From NCBI GenBank assembly GCA_023269615.1, contig JAHFSY010000011.1, positions 26,116-90,115 of the forward strand: a stretch of 64,000 nucleotides of DNA, written 5' to 3'. Positions 48,927 through 59,969 of this stretch are shown one piece after another. Numbering within the stretch: position 1 is the stretch's first letter; each line of letters opens with the position of its first letter. The translations under genes and the position numbers were made by a program. This stretch comes from Verrucomicrobiota bacterium (GTDB lineage Bacteria; Verrucomicrobiota; Verrucomicrobiia; JABWAM01). The notes under the pieces are model-generated. The model was not told where the DNA came from and made no database searches. It saw only the letters and a list, made by a program, of their open reading frames with translations.

Positions 48927-49577
48927 ATGGAACTGAAATCGCTCATCGAAGCCATCCTTTTTGCGGCACAGAAGCCGCTGCCTTTGAAGGAGATCAAGGC
49001 CATTTTGGCGCGTCCCGATGAATCGGGTAACTCCGAAATCACGCGCGCCTTCAAGAAGGCGAAGGAGTCGGAGATTTCCGAGGCAATTGAACGGCTCAAG
49101 GTGGACTACACGCAGCAGGGGCGCAGTTTTCAGATCCAGGAGGTCGCAGGCGCATTTCACCTGATCAGCCAGCCGCAATTTGCCCCGTGGCTGAAACAGC
49201 TTTTCGAGGAGCGCCGTTCAGGCCGTCTTTCATTGCCCGCGCTGGAAACGCTGGCGATCATCGCCTACCGACAACCGATCACACGAGCCGACATCGAGGG
49301 AGTCCGCGGCGTGGCGGTGGACGGCGTGATGCAAACACTGCTTGAGCGCGGGCTGGTGACGATCACCGGGCGTGCCGAGGTGCCGGGACGTCCGATGCTG
49401 TATGGCACGACAAAATCCTTCCTCGAACATTTTGGATTGAGCAACATCAACGAGCTGCCTGCCGTGGAGGAATTGCGGAGGGTGAACCTGAATCTCCCCG
49501 AATCCACCGCGCCCGCAACCCCTGAAACCCCGACCCCGACCGATGCCCAACCTGCCACAACTCCGGAAGCAAGTTGA
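48927..49577 (+). CDS. scpB: Segregation and condensation protein B
   Basis: IEAILFA, ALETLAIIAYRQPITR, PGRP.LYGTT..FL.HFGL. Confidence 0.94.
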   Translation: MELKSLIEAILFAAQKPLPLKEIKAILARPDESGNSEITRAFKKAKESEISEAIERLKVDYTQQGRSFQIQEVAGAFHLISQPQFAPWLKQLFEERRSGRLSLPALETLAIIAYRQPITRADIEGVRGVAVDGVMQTLLERGLVTITGRAEVPGRPMLYGTTKSFLEHFGLSNINELPAVEELRRVNLNLPESTAPATPETPTPTDAQPATTPEAS

Positions 49578-49827
49578 TCTGCTCGACAACCAGATCGTCG
49601 CCCTGCTCAACCACCGGCTCAAGCTGGCGGAAAAGATCGGCGGCGTGAAGCTCCACAACGGGGACAAGGTGTACAACCCCTCGCGCGAGCGGGAGCTGCT
49701 CTCGCGACTCTGCGGACGCCTGAAAGGGCCGCTGATCGAGAAGGAGTTGCGGGCGATCTATCAGCGCATCCTGCAGGCATCCCGCGCCCACCAGAAGCGC
49801 ATGTTTCAGAAGTCGAAACGAAAGTAG
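49543..49827 (+). CDS. Chorismate mutase (AroQ type)
   Basis: LR..VD.LD.QIV.LLN.R...A..IG..K, RE, I...SR..Q. Confidence 0.85.
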   Translation: MPNLPQLRKQVDLLDNQIVALLNHRLKLAEKIGGVKLHNGDKVYNPSRERELLSRLCGRLKGPLIEKELRAIYQRILQASRAHQKRMFQKSKRK

Positions 49828-49883
49828 CCGCGTTCGCCAGAACGCGGATCCGTGGGGTTCCACGCTCTGGCGAGCGTGGCTAC
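49824..49883. repeat. GTAG REP doublet between convergent genes
   Basis: GTAGCCGCGTTCGCCAGAACGCGG ... CCACGCTCTGGCGAGCGTGGCTAC; contains the chorismate mutase TAG. Confidence 0.8.
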
Positions 49884-49893
49884 AGGGTGCGAA

Positions 49894-50532
49894 TCATGGA
49901 GACAACCGCTCGATTTTCCACGAGCCATTTTTTTGCCTTGAATAGCGGAAGCGGTCGTGGAGGCGGTTGGGTCGTCCCTGCCAGAATTCGATGCTGGATG
50001 GCTTCACGCAATAGCCGCCCCACCATGGCGGCAGCGGGATTTTCCTGCCCCGATATTTGATCTCCATCCGCTTCAGCCCATCGTCGAGCGTCTCGCGATC
50101 GGGGATGACCTCGCTTTGATGCGAAACCCACGCGGCGAGCTGGTTTCCATGCGGTCGGGTTTTAAAATAAACCACGGAGTCCTCACGTGAAATTCTGGCG
50201 GCACTTCCAGCAATGCATACCTGGCGCTCGAGCATGGGCCAGAAAAATGAAAGTGCAGCATGGGGATTTTTTGCAAGCTGGGATGCCTTCCGGCTTTCGT
50301 AGTTGGTGTAGAAAACGAAGCCATTCTCGTCGTAGGAGCGCAGCAGGACGATCCGCGACGAAGGACGCCCTTTCGCGTCGGCCGTGGCGAGCGTCATCGC
50401 GTGGGCTTCGTCCTTCTGTGAATCGAGCGCCTGCTGGAACCAGCGGTCAAACTGGCGGAAGGGGTCCGCGTGGAGGTCCTTGCGGCGGAGACCCGAGAGC
50501 CTGTAATCCTTGCGAAGGTCGATGGTGGCCAT
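49894..50532 (-). CDS. pdxH: Pyridoxine/pyridoxamine 5'-phosphate oxidase
   Basis: LRKDY, PS.RIVLL, FYTNYESRK, WGGY, EFWQGR.NRLHDR, RLSP. Confidence 0.95.
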   Translation of the reverse strand: MATIDLRKDYRLSGLRRKDLHADPFRQFDRWFQQALDSQKDEAHAMTLATADAKGRPSSRIVLLRSYDENGFVFYTNYESRKASQLAKNPHAALSFFWPMLERQVCIAGSAARISREDSVVYFKTRPHGNQLAAWVSHQSEVIPDRETLDDGLKRMEIKYRGRKIPLPPWWGGYCVKPSSIEFWQGRPNRLHDRFRYSRQKNGSWKIERLSP

Positions 50533-50618
50533 GTCTGGAAATTACCATAAAGGGAGGGCACGCTTCCATGTCCCATTTTTGATTTGTGAGAGGCGACGCT
50601 GTCGGCGACCATCTGCAC

Positions 50619-51461
50619 GTGACCATTCTCGACCTGATCCAGAAGACCACGTCCTATTTCGAAAAATGCGGCGTGCCGAACGCGCGCCTGGACGTGGAGC
50701 TGTTGCTTGGGCACGTTTTAAAACTCCGAAGGATGGAGCTTTACCTGCAGTTCGAGCGGGTGCTGACCGAAAAGGAGCTTGATGAGTTGCGGCCGATGGT
50801 GAAGCGGCGGTCCTCGCGTGAACCGCTCCAGCACATTCTGGGCTCGGTGGATTTCTGTGGTTTGGAATTGATGGTTTCACCCCAGGCGCTGATTCCGCGG
50901 CCCGAGACGGAAATCCTTGTGCAGAATTGCATCACGATTTTGGAGAAGGAAAACGGCACGGTGCTGGATGTCGGGACCGGCAGCGGGGCGATCGCGCTGG
51001 CCGTTGCACACGCGTGCCCTAGAATTCGTTGCGTGGCCGTGGATGTCTCGGAGGATGCGTTGACACTTGCGAGATCGAACGCGGAGAAATCGGGATTGAA
51101 AGAGCGTGTTGATTTTCGTGCCGGCGATCTGTTCGGGCCGGTCGGCAAGGATGAAATGTTTGACCTGATTGTTTCCAATCCCCCTTACATTTCCACAGGA
51201 GAGATTTCAAACCTGCAACCCGAAGTCCAGCGGGATCCCCGCGCCGCACTGGACGGGGGCGTGGACGGCCTTGATGTGATTCGCAAACTCATTTCCGGCT
51301 CAGCGTCCCATCTCAAGCCGGGAGGCTGGCTCCTCATGGAAATCGGACACGACCAGTTGTCGCGCGTGAAGCAACTGCTGGAGGAGAATGGCTGGGGCGG
51401 AATTCGTTTCGTGAATGACCTGCAGGGAGTCGCACGGGTTGTGCTGGCTGGAAGGCCTTGA
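50619..51461 (+). CDS. prmC: Release factor glutamine methyltransferase
   Basis: EPLQHILG, LIPRPETE, DVGTGSG, SNPPY. Confidence 0.94.
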   Translation: MTILDLIQKTTSYFEKCGVPNARLDVELLLGHVLKLRRMELYLQFERVLTEKELDELRPMVKRRSSREPLQHILGSVDFCGLELMVSPQALIPRPETEILVQNCITILEKENGTVLDVGTGSGAIALAVAHACPRIRCVAVDVSEDALTLARSNAEKSGLKERVDFRAGDLFGPVGKDEMFDLIVSNPPYISTGEISNLQPEVQRDPRAALDGGVDGLDVIRKLISGSASHLKPGGWLLMEIGHDQLSRVKQLLEENGWGGIRFVNDLQGVARVVLAGRP

Positions 51462-51466
51462 TGAAG

Positions 51467-51564
51467 GTAGGGCGTGCTCGCCGAGCGCGCCGTCGTTTTC
51501 ATTCGATGTCCATATTCACATTCCACGGGCCACCGCTTCGGCGCGTTCGGCGAACACGCCCTAC
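51467..51564. repeat. REPIN-like doublet (second copy of 39314-39412)
   Basis: GTAGGGCGTGCTCGCCGAGCGCGCC ... GGCGCGTTCGGCGAACACGCCCTAC. Confidence 0.88.
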
Positions 51565-51571
51565 CTCGTAC

Positions 51572-51736
51572 TCACTGGAAATATTCGCGGTCGATCCACC
51601 ATCCGGCCCAGACGCCAAGGAGGGTTCCAATTCCACTGACGATGAAAGCTGTCATGGTGCCTACAAATTCCCCGAGCCACCAGCCAACTCCGCCGCCCAC
51701 GGTGGTGGTGATGGTGAACAGTAGAAAATTTTTCAT
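51572..51736 (-). CDS. Small Gly-rich membrane protein
   Basis: 54 aa, two Gly-rich hydrophobic helices. Confidence 0.6.
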   Translation of the reverse strand: MKNFLLFTITTTVGGGVGWWLGEFVGTMTAFIVSGIGTLLGVWAGWWIDREYFQ

Positions 51737-51793
51737 GGCGAAGCAGGGATGCGGGCGGAAGTCCTGCAATTCGATGAAACGGGCAGAACTCCG

Positions 51794-52462
51794 TTACGTT
51801 TCCGGCGGTGGCAGACTCGGAGGAGGAGGGGTGCTTTCGGGGGCGGGTTGATTGGCTCCCGGAGAGGTTTCGGATCCGGCAGCAGGCTGTCCTGCCTGGG
51901 GCGGCCCATTGCCATTTTTTGGCTGTCGCCCTCGCCCGCCCCGACGGAATCGCGGCTGGCGGCGCGCACGCCGACGCTGGGTTGTTGGTCCATCTGCCTG
52001 TGATTGCGGCTGGGAAAAGGCTGCGACATCGGGGGCGTTTTCCGGGCCGATCAGCGTGATGATGTCCTCGATGGAGGCGATCTGCTCGCCAGAAAAATCG
52101 TAGAGTCCGAAATCCATGTTGTCGGTAAGCCTTCCCGAAAAAGTGTTGGCCTCGGCGTTGAGGATATCCTCCGCCGGTTTGCCATGGTGGACCTTCACGC
52201 CAACATGGCCCTCGACCACCCCGACGGCCGCAAGCGCATCGTCGCCTTCCGGCCTGGCTGCATCACCAAGCGATGGACTGGAAAACGGAAGCTCCGTGTC
52301 GAACACACGCCCATCCTCGCACACGACCTTGATGGAATCCGTGCCCATGTGGGGAAAGATGCGGGTCAGTCGTTCCATGAGCATGGGCATGGTGTCACCA
52401 GGCTGGACCATGCCCGAGCGGACGAGGCAGCCGTCAATGATGCATATCCAGATGTGTCGCAT
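51794..52462 (-). CDS. Hypothetical protein with basic/Pro-rich disordered tail
   Basis: Follows typA; globular N-part plus RRRRARRQPR low-complexity tail. Confidence 0.6.
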   Translation of the reverse strand: MRHIWICIIDGCLVRSGMVQPGDTMPMLMERLTRIFPHMGTDSIKVVCEDGRVFDTELPFSSPSLGDAARPEGDDALAAVGVVEGHVGVKVHHGKPAEDILNAEANTFSGRLTDNMDFGLYDFSGEQIASIEDIITLIGPENAPDVAAFSQPQSQADGPTTQRRRARRQPRFRRGGRGRQPKNGNGPPQAGQPAAGSETSPGANQPAPESTPPPPSLPPPET

Positions 52463-52522
52463 GCGCTGTAGGTGGGTGGAGTCGGCGCATGCTATCATGC
52501 CTCCGACGCGCGGATCAATGGA

Positions 52523-54361
52523 TTACGTGCCGGAGCGTTTGCGAACACCCGGATCGAGAATGCGTTTGCGCAGGCGGAGGGATTTCGGCGTAACCTCCAC
52601 GTATTCGTCAGGCGCGATGTACTCGATGGCGCGTTCCAGGGACATCTTTAGTGGAGGCTCCAGCATGATGGCCTTGCCGTCACCCTTGCTTCGCATGTTG
52701 GTGAGGTGCTTGATCTTGCAGGGATTCACATTCAGATCCTCCGCTCGCGGGCATTCCCCGACGACCATGCCCACATAGATGGGATCTCCAGCATCCACAA
52801 AAAGACGTCCGCGCTCTTGAAGTCCGTCAAGCGCATGAGACGTGGATACACCGGCTTCCATGGACACCAGGGTGCCGGTGAGGCGCATCGAGATTTCTCC
52901 GGCAAACGGACGGTATTCCTTGAAAAGATGGCTCATGATTCCTGCGCCGCTGGTCAAATTCACGAGTTCGGTTTCAAACCCGATGAGTCCGCGGGTCGGG
53001 ATTTCGGCCTGGATCGTGACATTGTTCCCATGATGGGACATGTTGCTCACCTGACCCTTGCGTCCCGCGATGGATTGGAGAACAGAGCCGAGCACATCGT
53101 TTGAAACATCCACGCTCAGCTCCTCGAACGGTTCCATCGTCTGGCCGTTCTCCTTGTGAAAAATGACTTCAGGACGTGAAACGATCAGCTCAAATCCCTC
53201 GCGTCGCATCTGTTCGACCAGGATGGCGATCTGCAGTTCGCCGCGCGCGCTGACCGAGAACACATTGCCCGAGTCGGTGTCGCTGACTGCGAGACTCACG
53301 TTGGTTCGCGTCTCCCGAACGAGCCGATCGCGGATGTTTCGGGCGGTGACGAGTTTGCCTTCCCGGCCGGAGAGGGGTCCATCATTGACCCCGATGGTCA
53401 TGGTGATCGTCGGTGGATCAATATCCACGAATGGAAGTGCGGGGGTTGTTTCAGTTGCCACAAAGCTTTCGCCGATCGCAATTTCCTCAAAGCCGGTGAG
53501 CCCCACCAAATTTCCCGCGTGCGCCTCCTCGATGCGTTGCTGGGTCAGGCCCGCAAACGTGTAAAACATGGAAATCTTCCCCGACACGCGCGTGCCATCC
53601 TTGTGCACGGCAAACACCTGGTCGCCGACATTCGCATGACCGCTCATGATCTTGCCGTAGGCGATCCGACCAAGGTGATCATCGTAGCCGAGATTACAGA
53701 CAAGAAACTGGAAGGGCCCATGTTCATCGGCCTGCGGGGGAGGAACGTGACTGAGGATGGTTTCGAAGAGCGGCTTGAGGCCGAGCTTGCGCTTCTCGGG
53801 ATCCATGCAATCCTCAAAATGGTGAAGGATGAAGCCATCGCGGCCACTTCCGAACAGGGTGGGGAAATCAAGCTGCTTGTCGGTTGCATGAAGTTCCACG
53901 AAAAGATCGAACACCTTGTCATGCGCGAGACGGGGCTCGCAATGTTCCCGGTCCACCTTGTTCACGACGACGATGGGACAGAGCCCCTGCGCAAGCGCTT
54001 TTTTCAGCACGAATTTTGTCTGCGCCTGAGGGCCCTCATAGGCGTCCACAACCAGGAGCACGCAATCCACCATGCGCATGATGCGTTCCACTTCACCGCC
54101 GAAATCCGCATGGCCCGGAGTGTCAATGATGTTGATGAGGACGGGCTCGGTGGCGCCGGGCGCCATCCAGGTCACGGAGGCGTTTTTGGATTTGATGGTG
54201 ATGCCCTTCTCGCGCTCGAGATCCATCGAGTCCATCACGCAATCCACGAGAGTCTGATTGGAGCGGAACACGCCGCCTTGACGGAGAAGCTGGTCCACCA
54301 AGGTGGTCTTGCCATGATCTACATGGGCGATGATGGCGATGTTGCGAATGGGGATGGGCAT
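52523..54361 (-). CDS. typA: Translational GTPase TypA/BipA
   Basis: [43 protein letters not shown]. Confidence 0.96.
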   Translation of the reverse strand: MPIPIRNIAIIAHVDHGKTTLVDQLLRQGGVFRSNQTLVDCVMDSMDLEREKGITIKSKNASVTWMAPGATEPVLINIIDTPGHADFGGEVERIMRMVDCVLLVVDAYEGPQAQTKFVLKKALAQGLCPIVVVNKVDREHCEPRLAHDKVFDLFVELHATDKQLDFPTLFGSGRDGFILHHFEDCMDPEKRKLGLKPLFETILSHVPPPQADEHGPFQFLVCNLGYDDHLGRIAYGKIMSGHANVGDQVFAVHKDGTRVSGKISMFYTFAGLTQQRIEEAHAGNLVGLTGFEEIAIGESFVATETTPALPFVDIDPPTITMTIGVNDGPLSGREGKLVTARNIRDRLVRETRTNVSLAVSDTDSGNVFSVSARGELQIAILVEQMRREGFELIVSRPEVIFHKENGQTMEPFEELSVDVSNDVLGSVLQSIAGRKGQVSNMSHHGNNVTIQAEIPTRGLIGFETELVNLTSGAGIMSHLFKEYRPFAGEISMRLTGTLVSMEAGVSTSHALDGLQERGRLFVDAGDPIYVGMVVGECPRAEDLNVNPCKIKHLTNMRSKGDGKAIMLEPPLKMSLERAIEYIAPDEYVEVTPKSLRLRKRILDPGVRKRSGT

Positions 54362-54461
54362 AAAGGGCGTGGAGGCATACCAGATGGCCCAAGGCTTGTC
54401 GAGCACGGCCGCTGGATTTGACGCAACAGTTTGGTTCGATTTCCTGTCCTGCTCTTTCTCT

Positions 54462-54530
54462 TGTAGGAGCCGCTGTCAGCGGCGACCGGGAATGGGGGCT
54501 CGGGAATCGCCGCTGACAGCGGCTCCTACA
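54462..54530. repeat. GTAG REP doublet (same arms as 6892-6961)
   Basis: 24-bp perfect inverted arms with a different spacer. Confidence 0.9.
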
Positions 54531-54567
54531 GCACCAAACTGCTACGATTTGACGATGGGGCGGAAAG

Positions 54568-55743
54568 TCAGCGCGCCCGTTTCATCTGTGCGAACCAGCT
54601 CAGGGCGAGGAAATTGAAGAGGAGCGGAAGACCCACGATGGTCCACTGCGCTCCGAACAGGCCGCCGCCAAGCCAGGCGACGAGCGCCGCCAGGAGCGGT
54701 CCTGAAAAAATCCCGATGCCAAGAATGGCTTCGTGAAGTCCACCGTGCTCGCCCTTGTTGTCTCCGTAATCCAGGGAGTAATACAGCGACCCCGAGTAGG
54801 AAAGCCCATGGGCGAGTCCGAACAGGGCCAGGGCCGCGAACACGACAACAGTGTTGTTGATGAAAAAAGCCATCGCGATGGAAACGGGCGCGATCCAAAG
54901 CGCCCAGAGCGACCAGCCCCGATGATAATGCCATGCCTCCCATTTCCAGCAGATGGCGAACGAGGCGGCCCGGGCAAATAGCTGGGTGCTTGAGAGCCAG
55001 ATGGTGGCCGTGGCGGAGAGCCCGAGTTTTTCCCCAAGCTGCGGATTCAACGCGGTGGTTCCGGCCACCAGCAAAAACCCGAGCGCGTTGGCAAGCCAGG
55101 CCGTATGCATGAAGCGCCGTTTCACCTCGCGCGGAACCGCTGTTCCACTGTGGGGTATGTCCATCGCGATCCCCTCCCCCTGCCCGTGATGACTCGGCCC
55201 CAGTTTCAACCAAGCCGACTGGACGAGGTAGAAGATTCCCGCGGCCCAGAGGATGGAGTCTGGATTCCAGTTGAAGAAAAATGCGCTAAACGCAAAACCC
55301 AGCGCATCGCCCGTTCCCCAAGTAATGTTGTAAAAACCGAGACGGTTCGGCATCGAGGTCTTTCCGGGGCAGTGCAGCACCGCGGCTTCAAGGGAAGGCC
55401 AGATGGGGCCGATGAAAATCGTGAACAGCACAACCACAACGAACGGAGTCCATCGCCAGTCGGGGATCCATCCGACAAGCAGGGTGGCGGCAATTCCGAG
55501 GCTGCAAAAGAAAAGCGTCCGGTCGTATCCAAACCGGTCGGCAATTTTCCCCCCGTATTTTGAGGAAAAAATATAGGTGAACCCATGCGTGGCGGTGAGC
55601 AGCAGGTTTTCAGTCGCGGAATAGCCGAATTTTTTCCCGGTCCAGAAAAAAGCGCAGTAGAGGAAGAGGATGCCCGCAAACGCGCAAATCCCCTCAACGA
55701 CAAAGTAGTTGAACAGTTTGAGACGGGGAGGATTTGAAACCAT
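54568..55743 (-). CDS. MFS transporter
   Basis: About 12 TM helices, GKIADRFG motif A. Confidence 0.85.
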   Translation of the reverse strand: MVSNPPRLKLFNYFVVEGICAFAGILFLYCAFFWTGKKFGYSATENLLLTATHGFTYIFSSKYGGKIADRFGYDRTLFFCSLGIAATLLVGWIPDWRWTPFVVVVLFTIFIGPIWPSLEAAVLHCPGKTSMPNRLGFYNITWGTGDALGFAFSAFFFNWNPDSILWAAGIFYLVQSAWLKLGPSHHGQGEGIAMDIPHSGTAVPREVKRRFMHTAWLANALGFLLVAGTTALNPQLGEKLGLSATATIWLSSTQLFARAASFAICWKWEAWHYHRGWSLWALWIAPVSIAMAFFINNTVVVFAALALFGLAHGLSYSGSLYYSLDYGDNKGEHGGLHEAILGIGIFSGPLLAALVAWLGGGLFGAQWTIVGLPLLFNFLALSWFAQMKRAR

Positions 55744-55825
55744 GAAGCCGCAGAGACTATGCCGGAATCGGCAGCTTGTAAATCCATCCCGCAGACTTGC
55801 GCTGGGCTTACGCAGCTAAGAACAG

Positions 55826-55977
55826 AAAGCCACGGATGAACACGGATGAAACACGGATAAGCCAGTGCTTGGCACACCAAGCACTGGCAGAACCAGCAAT
55901 CATGGAGGGCTTATCCCTCTATTTTGGCTGTGCCAAAATAGAGTATCCGTGACAATCCGTGTTTCATCTGTGGCTTT
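55826..55977. repeat. Inverted pair of CACGGAT triplet repeats with two internal palindromes
   Basis: AAAGCCACGGATGAACACGGATGAAACACGGAT ... ATCCGTGACAATCCGTGTTTCATCTGTGGCTTT; hairpins at about 55861-55888 and 55917-55943. Confidence 0.85.
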
Positions 55978-56094
55978 CCCCCTCTTTTTCCATGGGATCA
56001 TTGTTGAAAATTTCAAATGCGTAAGCCCTGCAGACTTGCGCCCCATCGCATAAATTTCGTGACGCGTCGCGCATCATCGTTTATTCGTAGGGGC

Positions 56095-57291
56095 GTGACA
56101 GCCATCCTCGCATTGGAAGACGGAACCGTGTTTCACGGAGCGGGCTTCGGAGCCCAGGGCTCCGTGCTTGGCGAGGTCTGTTTCAACACCTCGATGACAG
56201 GCTATCAGGAAATCCTCACCGATCCCTCGTACAAGGGGCAGATCGTGACGATGACCTATCCGCTCATCGGCAATTACGGGATCAACGCGCTCGATGTGGA
56301 GAGCACCCGACCGCATGTGTCGGGCTTCGTGATCCGCGAACTCTCCCGCGTCGTTTCGAGCTGGCGCTCCGAAAAATCACTCGACCAGTATTTGCGCGAG
56401 AACAACATCCCCGGCATCCAGGGGATTGACACCCGCGCCCTGACCAAGCACCTGCGCAGCCGCGGCGCGATGAAGGGCATTCTCACCACCGAATCCATTT
56501 CCGACAAGGAGGCTGTCGAGCGGGCCAACAAATGGCACGGGCTTATTGGCGTGGACTACGTGAAGGAAGTCACCTGCCGCTCGGAATATGATTGGGATCC
56601 GGAAGACAGCGACAGCCGACGCTGGAGAATTCCCGGCACCAGCAACTCCGTGGGCGGCGCTCCTCACTCTGACGGCGTGGATAACGGCAAGGGCGCAGAA
56701 ACCTATCGCTGGAGCCTGCCGCCTGTCCGTCATCGAATTGTTGCCTACGATTTCGGCATCAAGCACAACATCCTCCGCCGCCTGCGCCAGAATGGCTTCA
56801 AGGTGAAGGTTGTGCCCGCGACCACGCCGTCGGAAACCGTCCTGAAAATGAATCCCGAAGGAATTTTCCTCTCCAATGGCCCCGGCGATCCCTCCGCACT
56901 CGATTACGCGGCGAAGTCGGTGAAAGGACTCATCGGCAAAAAACCGATCTTTGGCATCTGCCTCGGCCATCAGATTCTTGGGCTCGCGCTCGGTGGGAAG
57001 ACGTTCAAGTTGAAATTCGGCCATCGCGGCGGCAACCAGCCGGTGAAGGATCTTTCAACAGGAAAAATCTCCATCACATCGCAGAACCACGGTTTCGCCG
57101 TGGATGCAAAATCGCTGCCGAAGGATGTGGAGCAGACAAAAATCAATCTCAACGACCAGACATGCGAAGGTTTCCGTCATCGCGAGCTCCCCGTCTTCTG
57201 TGTGCAGTATCATCCCGAAGCCTCCCCCGGCCCGCATGATGCGAATGATTTGTTTGCGGAGTTTGCGAAGTTGATCGAGGGGAAGAGATAA
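56095..57291 (+). CDS. carA: Carbamoyl-phosphate synthase small subunit
   Basis: [42 protein letters not shown]. Confidence 0.96.
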   Translation: MTAILALEDGTVFHGAGFGAQGSVLGEVCFNTSMTGYQEILTDPSYKGQIVTMTYPLIGNYGINALDVESTRPHVSGFVIRELSRVVSSWRSEKSLDQYLRENNIPGIQGIDTRALTKHLRSRGAMKGILTTESISDKEAVERANKWHGLIGVDYVKEVTCRSEYDWDPEDSDSRRWRIPGTSNSVGGAPHSDGVDNGKGAETYRWSLPPVRHRIVAYDFGIKHNILRRLRQNGFKVKVVPATTPSETVLKMNPEGIFLSNGPGDPSALDYAAKSVKGLIGKKPIFGICLGHQILGLALGGKTFKLKFGHRGGNQPVKDLSTGKISITSQNHGFAVDAKSLPKDVEQTKINLNDQTCEGFRHRELPVFCVQYHPEASPGPHDANDLFAEFAKLIEGKR

Positions 57292-57292
57292 C

Positions 57293-57349
57293 GGAGGGAC
57301 ACGCTCTCGCCTCGCCGAAGCCTACGGCGTAGCGCGGGCCGTCGTGTCC
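57293..57349. repeat. GGAG REP interrupted by a 33-bp element, adjacent to RAYT
   Basis: GGAGGGACACGCT[57306-57338]CCGTCGTGTCC. Confidence 0.85.
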
Positions 57350-57378
57350 ATCAACGCACCAAAACATCCGGTACGTTC

Positions 57379-57885
57379 CTACCACGCAAGAGAGCAGAGC
57401 TCCCCCTGAAACGCCCATTCCTCCGCTCTGCTGCACAGCCCGGCCCGCACCGGGTTCTGAACCACATATTCCCATTTCCGCTGATAACTCTCCCCACGGC
57501 GCAACTGGGTGTCCCAACACGATCGCTGCCAGATCGGGTGTTCATCAGGCCTTGGCCACTGCCGGGCCGCTTGAGATTTCCAGAATGAAATCCATGCCGC
57601 CAGATCTGATGATTTTTTTGCGGCGGGAGAGCAGAACAGGTGGATGTGGTCCGGCATGATGACGTATCGCCCGACAATCCAATGGCTCGCTCTTTCCCAT
57701 GTCATTTTGAGCAGGCCATGGATGTCGTGTTGGGCGAGAATCCGTTTCTTCTGGTGAGTGCACACGGTCACGAAGACGATGACCGGAGATGCGGACGATT
57801 CGTTTGGATGCAGGTGAATGGGAGTCTTGCGCGATGTGGGGGTGCTCGACACGACCATGGAAAAAAGGTTTTTGGAGAGAGCCAT
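57379..57885 (-). mobile_element. REP-associated tyrosine transposase (RAYT, Y1 HUH family)
   Basis: FVTVCT, YVIMPDHIHL (HUH), WQ...D..LR, YVVQNPVRAGL, W; REP copy 30 bp downstream. Confidence 0.88.
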
Positions 57886-58025
57886 TCAGGCGAAAGGAAT
57901 GAGGGGATCAAGAAACTTCTCTGCAAATCACATGCTTTCCAACGACGCCGGAAATGTGAGGAAAATTATTCGTGGGTGTCAGAGGCAGAAGGAACCGACC
58001 CTGCCGATGTTTCCCCCTAACGTTG

Positions 58026-59969
58026 CTACGGTGAAACCTTGCGGACTTCAGGATATTTTTTGAAATACGCTTCCTTACCTTCGCGCTTCCACCATAAAAT
58101 CCATCGGTCAATCGTAACAAAACGTTTCTCCTGTGGATCACCGGGGCCATAACCTTCATCATGCTCTATGAGCCGAATCAACGCCCCCATGCAGCTATCG
58201 GCGCAACTGAATCCAACGCCACCCCTTCCATCGCTAATCCAACGTGAACCTGTGATTTCGCGCCGGTCAAGCAAATCGACCAAAATGGGCGCTGCCAGCG
58301 GATTCTTGCTGTTTTCGATTTCAGCCACTACCGAACCGAATATCCGCGACGTACCAAGGCTTCCACCTGCTTCAATGTCCTTGAGGGTTGCTTCACGCAA
58401 GAACCGGTAATCGTCCGTACTGCCATATTTGAGCAGGAACGACACACACTCGTATGGAATTTCCTTTTCTGTTGCTTTCGCCATTTCCCGCATTGCAGGT
58501 AGGAATGAAAGATCACCACGCTTGCCAAGTTCTAGGGCGATTTTGGCCTGGTCTTCATCATCTGCACCCACCGCCCACTTCTTCAGGATAGCGATGGAAT
58601 CCACGGCCTTTTTGTCAATTCCTTCAATTTTCACCAAAACATCCACCCGCTCATAAAGCCTGCCCTGCTCCAACCGGGCCTGATAACCCTGAAGAGGTGA
58701 TTTGTCGCTGTTTTCTTTCCACCAAGCCTTGAGGTCCGCAATGACTTTTTCTCGAACTTCTGGCTTTTCATTTGAGAGGTAGGAACTCGATGTGGATGGA
58801 TGATAAAACCGGATGTCTACAATCTTCTCGATGCATTGCACGGCGACATCCTGCACCCGAAGAACGGTTCGATTGGGGTCGAAGTTGCGCCTAAATCCGA
58901 TGGATCGGGTAAGCCTCTTGTCCCCAAGATGTTCAATGAGTGCAGGCACAGCAGACCGCCCAATTTTTACAACCGTGTCACTGATCAAAGTATCCTTTGA
59001 TGTGCTATCGGGAAAAAAGCTTATGGTCATGCAGTGACCTGGCTGACTCATCTGAAAACCATGAACATCCGGAAACCGTGCGATGCAATAGGCAATGCGT
59101 TCCTTTTCAGACAGTGCCCCTAATTCATTGACCACACCCGTCCCTAGTTTCTTATCTTCTTCGACTTGCTCCTTGAGCATTTGAACGTAATCCAGCAACT
59201 GTTCCCGGTATTCACTTTTTCCATAAAATGTCAGAGTGCTTTCCCATTGTTCCAAAACATCCTTACGCAAATCTCCATTTTCAAGCATCTGGGTGCCTTT
59301 GAAGAAGGATTGCCACGCGCCTTCGTTGTAAACGTGCTCGAAGGAAAGGCCACGCTGATTCAAGGCTTCATTGATGATCGCTTTAGCCTCTTCGTTCTTC
59401 CCCAAGAAAGCCGCAGCGTATGCATGATGCAGCAGAAAAACCCCACCGTAAAACGGAAGTCCACCTGCCCCAAAATCCTGAACAAACGTGAAGTCCCATG
59501 GACGTTTGCTGCCGGGATCGCGTTCCTTGAGGAATTTTATCAATTTCGGCAATTCATCGGCATAGTCGGAGGCCTCTACCTTTGAAAAGATACCGCGTGA
59601 AATCTTCCGCTCCGTAAAATCCGGCGACAGCAAGACAAGCTCTCTGCCTTCACCTGCCAACCGCCATGCATTCAAAAACTGGGTTGGGCTTTTTGCATCG
59701 TAGAGACGGACACGCTCCAACTTGCTGAAATTTGGCCACGGAATCGACCGCAAATTTTCGAGTGCTTTGAGATTCCTTTCCCGCCAGTCTTGGCGACTCC
59801 CATCTGCAGGTTGGAATTTATCAACTGCCTCACGCAGGATTCGATAAACCTTATCGGGCATTTCCGTGCGTGGAATGACGTTCTCATTCTGCTCCGCCAC
59901 GGCAACCCCCGCCGTGATACAAACCGCGCCCAAAAGGATGGCACTTTGTAATTTCACCGCGTCCATCAT
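58026..59969 (-). CDS. Large exported hypothetical protein with HEAT-like repeats
   Basis: Signal peptide (AVA|E), AVPALIEHLGDKRLTR...LRVQDVA, APILVDLLD; visibly more AT-rich than its neighbours. Confidence 0.7.
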   Translation of the reverse strand: MMDAVKLQSAILLGAVCITAGVAVAEQNENVIPRTEMPDKVYRILREAVDKFQPADGSRQDWRERNLKALENLRSIPWPNFSKLERVRLYDAKSPTQFLNAWRLAGEGRELVLLSPDFTERKISRGIFSKVEASDYADELPKLIKFLKERDPGSKRPWDFTFVQDFGAGGLPFYGGVFLLHHAYAAAFLGKNEEAKAIINEALNQRGLSFEHVYNEGAWQSFFKGTQMLENGDLRKDVLEQWESTLTFYGKSEYREQLLDYVQMLKEQVEEDKKLGTGVVNELGALSEKERIAYCIARFPDVHGFQMSQPGHCMTISFFPDSTSKDTLISDTVVKIGRSAVPALIEHLGDKRLTRSIGFRRNFDPNRTVLRVQDVAVQCIEKIVDIRFYHPSTSSSYLSNEKPEVREKVIADLKAWWKENSDKSPLQGYQARLEQGRLYERVDVLVKIEGIDKKAVDSIAILKKWAVGADDEDQAKIALELGKRGDLSFLPAMREMAKATEKEIPYECVSFLLKYGSTDDYRFLREATLKDIEAGGSLGTSRIFGSVVAEIENSKNPLAAPILVDLLDRREITGSRWISDGRGGVGFSCADSCMGALIRLIEHDEGYGPGDPQEKRFVTIDRWILWWKREGKEAYFKKYPEVRKVSP

